DNA from: Eukaryota sp. GEM-RC1
Lineage: Eukaryota
Direction: 5' to 3'
DNA: 64,000 nt
NCBI GenBank assembly: GCA_040285855.1
Contig: JAUFOQ010000006.1
Coordinates: 1,364,001 to 1,428,000, forward strand
Shown: positions 61,367 to 64,000 of the stretch, piece after piece
How positions within the stretch are numbered: position 1 is the first letter of the stretch
How the letters are laid out: each line of letters opens with the position of its first letter
Made by a program: the position numbers and the translations under genes
The notes under the pieces: model-generated
The model's database searches: none
Seen by the model: the letters and a program-made list of their open reading frames with translations, nothing else
What the model was told of the DNA's origin: nothing

Positions 61367-62478
61367 CTACTTCTTCCTTCTGGCAGGTAATTCTGGATGA
61401 TAGTGACGGATTTCGTCATAAATCATACCCTTCAACTCTGCTGACGTCAACTGATCACCTTCCCATGGAGAAGTGAAAGGTTTGTCAGCCAGAGGTTCAT
61501 CTTCAGGATCATGTAAAAGCTTCAAATAAGGATGTTGGAGGGCTTCTTCAATGGTAATACGATTGCTAGGATCAAATTGAAGCATTTTTTCAAGAAGATC
61601 CAAAGCAGTGGGAGAACCGTTTGGGAATGCCTTGGCCATGGGAACTTTGGGGTAAAATGGCATTTGCTTGAGATGATTTCGAACAGCACCAGTTGCAAGT
61701 GCGTCGATTTCTGCAGGAGAAGGACTACCAAGAACAGAAATGATGGTCTGCAGTTGATTTCGGTGGTCAGTACCAGGGAAGAGAGCACGTCTTGCAAGAA
61801 GTTCACCAAAAATACATCCAACGGCCCAAATATCCATGGCTGCTCCATAGTTAGAAGTACCAGGAGAAGCGAGAAGGACTTCAGGAGCTCTATACCACCG
61901 AGTAGCAACGTACTGAGTGAGGAACTCCTGTGAGCTTTGAGACGGATCAGCTACTCTAGCAAGTCTGGAGTAAAATATACATTTAAATTGGCATACCCAA
62001 AATCACACAGACGAAGATCACAATTAGCATTGAGGAGGATATTCCTGGGTTTGAGATCTCTGTGAATGACATGAGCAGAATGCATATATTTGAGTGCTCT
62101 TAGAATTTGGTAAATAAAACACTGACAATGTTCGTCGGTAAGAGGTTGAGGAGACTGAATAATTCTGTACATGTCAGTTTCCATGAACTCAATAACTAAA
62201 TAGACGTCCTTGAAATGCTTGTAGGACTTGGGAGCAATGATGTCAAGAAGAGTAATGATATTCTCATGTTGGAGATGACGAAGAAGTTGTATCTCGCGGA
62301 GTGTACGTTTTCCGTCAACGGGGTTTTCGAACGCGCTGTTGATCTTCTTAATGGCAACCTTCTTTCCAGTTTGGACATCCTTTGCAGCACAAACAAGTCC
62401 ATAGGCACCCTGACCGAGAGTGTTCAGTAAGTGATAACGTTCAGGAAGTTCGAATTCAGCTCCAAAAGCAGTCTTCAT
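61367..62478 (-). CDS. ERK-like mitogen-activated protein kinase with TQY activation motif, 1 intron
   Basis: GQGAYGLVC, VAIKKI, RTLREI, HRDLKP, DFG|LAR after removing intron 61965-61996, FLTQYVATRWYRAPE, HPYL..LHDPEDEP. Confidence 0.95.
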
Positions 62479-62675
62479 GTGTAGGAAAGATTTTGACAAA
62501 AACTCGGCCAAAATAGGAAACTTGAACTCTTTGTCTTTTTCAAGAGTTCTGTATCACACATCAAATCTGGTTCAATGAGTGACTCTGACAGAGCTGTCCT
62601 AAATGTAGGTTTTAAGTGTGTTTTCAAATCTTTTTTTTGTACTAGAGTTTATTATAAACGTAATAAATCAAACAA

Positions 62676-63385
62676 CTAAAATTTGATGTCATTAAAACAA
62701 CACCCGTCGCTATCAAACCTTACAACAGCTTTGTCTTCATAAAAGGCACTCACTGCTAATAGAGCTTTGGAGATGATTAGGGGAACTGTTTTAAAAACAG
62801 TAAAAACGATCCGATTCAACCATAACGTATGATCAAAACGTTTGTTCATCCTATTTTTTACGATTTTTCCGAAATCGTTTAAAAAATTCAATGCACTTTT
62901 CCTAAACGTCCGTAAATTGAAACGGCAAAGGGCATAATTCGTACTCAACATGTTTTACATGTTTTAAAGCCATCAATGGTTTTCTGTACATATCCTGTTT
63001 GGCCTGTTCAGAAATGTCTAAAGGAGAAGTTTCAGACGAAGCGTTCTTTAAAGATGTCTTTTACAAACATCCACTGACACTACATCAACAACAAACAATT
63101 TGTCTGAAGAAGAAGGGACAACAACATCTGCTCTCCGTTTACCAAAAAATTGGTTCTGTTTTTCGACATTATAATTATTACTTGGTTCTAAAGATCTTAA
63201 AAGTGGTTCAACAAATGACTCAATTTTGTAAGACTTACACATAGCATGTATTTGATCTCTTACAGCATCATGCATACACGTTCGATAAGTTATGTAGCGA
63301 TTACAACTTAACAGATGAGAAAACGTTAATTGTTTTCCACAGCTACATTGAAGATCATTTGGCAAATTATATGGCCATAAATAAC
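62676..63385 (-). mobile_element. 3' part of RLE non-LTR family C
   Basis: CSCGKQLTFSHLLSC, MHDAVRD, FVEP, RRADVV, VDVVSVD, WLNRIVF. Confidence 0.85.
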
Positions 63386-63620
63386 AAGTTCAATTATAAT
63401 ATTCAAGTTTTCAGGATATATTCTTTAATACCGAAAGAATTTAGGAAATGACGTCAATACAGTCAAGGAGTTTCCATATACAACTTTACTAGGATGCCAT
63501 TTGCAGAGTACACAATAATGAATGAATTCTGAAACTGTAATGACACTGGTGTTCAAGTAACAACCAAAAAAACAACACCTGTTTCAGCAAAGCTTAAGGC
63601 CTTACGATGGGTGTTAGAAG

Positions 63621-64000
63621 TAGAGCTGGGCATTCGACTAGACTAGTCTACTGACTACGGACTAGACTAAGCTTTTAGTCTAAATCGTAGTCTACTCACT
63701 TAGTCTTAGTCTAGTCCGTAGTCTGTTCATTCAATCTGTAGTCTAGTCTGTTCATAATAAATTAGTGTAATCATTAGTCTATTTTTTTAAGAATCAAATT
63801 CATTTCTAGACACATAAAATGGAGTATGTTCAAAAATAGACACTTAACAAATTTCTTCTCACATACACTTTACAACATGGATAGCAACCAAAGACAACAT
63901 ACTACAATTGCCCAGGGAAGCAGCTTTGCAAACAAAGAAGACTTGGTCTATCAACACAATCTTTATACAGCTGGACAAAAAGAAGAACTCGTGTAGTGAA
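63621..64000. mobile_element. Left part of a TAGTC-repeat hAT-like element (family of 58318..58858), runs off window
   Basis: Same TIR TAGAGCTGGGCATTCGACTAG and colinear for ~160 bp; different interior. Confidence 0.8.

Noticed and set aside
1..64000. tRNA or rRNA genes; alternative genetic code
   Set aside because: No cloverleaf or rRNA-like sequence recognised by eye. TAA, TAG and TGA all terminate conserved genes, and breaks are frameshifts rather than in-frame stops.

Overview
AT-rich genomic DNA of a microbial eukaryote, not a prokaryote. It has compact genes with 27-35 nt GT-AG introns, divergent gene pairs about 80 bp apart, and roughly half the window in transposon debris: 5'-truncated CRE/NeSL-type non-LTR elements with an RLE endonuclease, and many hAT-type MITEs with 8-bp TSDs, often nested. 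Many conserved genes are broken by single-base indels in homopolymer runs, so the assembly looks unpolished and split ORFs were rejoined by eye. The main finding is a ~5.5 kb minus-strand locus (39809->34290). After four homopolymer corrections it reads as one polyprotein: leader / 2A ribosome-skipping motif (DIESNPG|P) / two Ulp1-SENP8-type cysteine proteases / Thr-Glu-Ser repeat linker / complete PolB-type DEDDy 3'-5' exonuclease / Fanzor1 (RuvC-III D->N). It is followed by an omegaRNA-like hairpin cluster and preceded by 15-bp-periodic repeats. A second, truncated Fanzor1 with a CCHC tail and a similar hairpin cluster sits head-to-head with a PIF1 helicase at the window start. Host genes include an in-frame ARL2-TBCD fusion, LBP/BPI, ZC3H15, phospholipase B-like, PFDN6, RPL39, a BRCT protein, THUMP, guanylate kinase, TcdA/ThiF, an RNF212/Zip3-like RING protein, IFRD-like, POLD2, p24, a TQY-motif MAPK and LRR proteins. 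All family calls come from motif recognition by eye; no database search was run.
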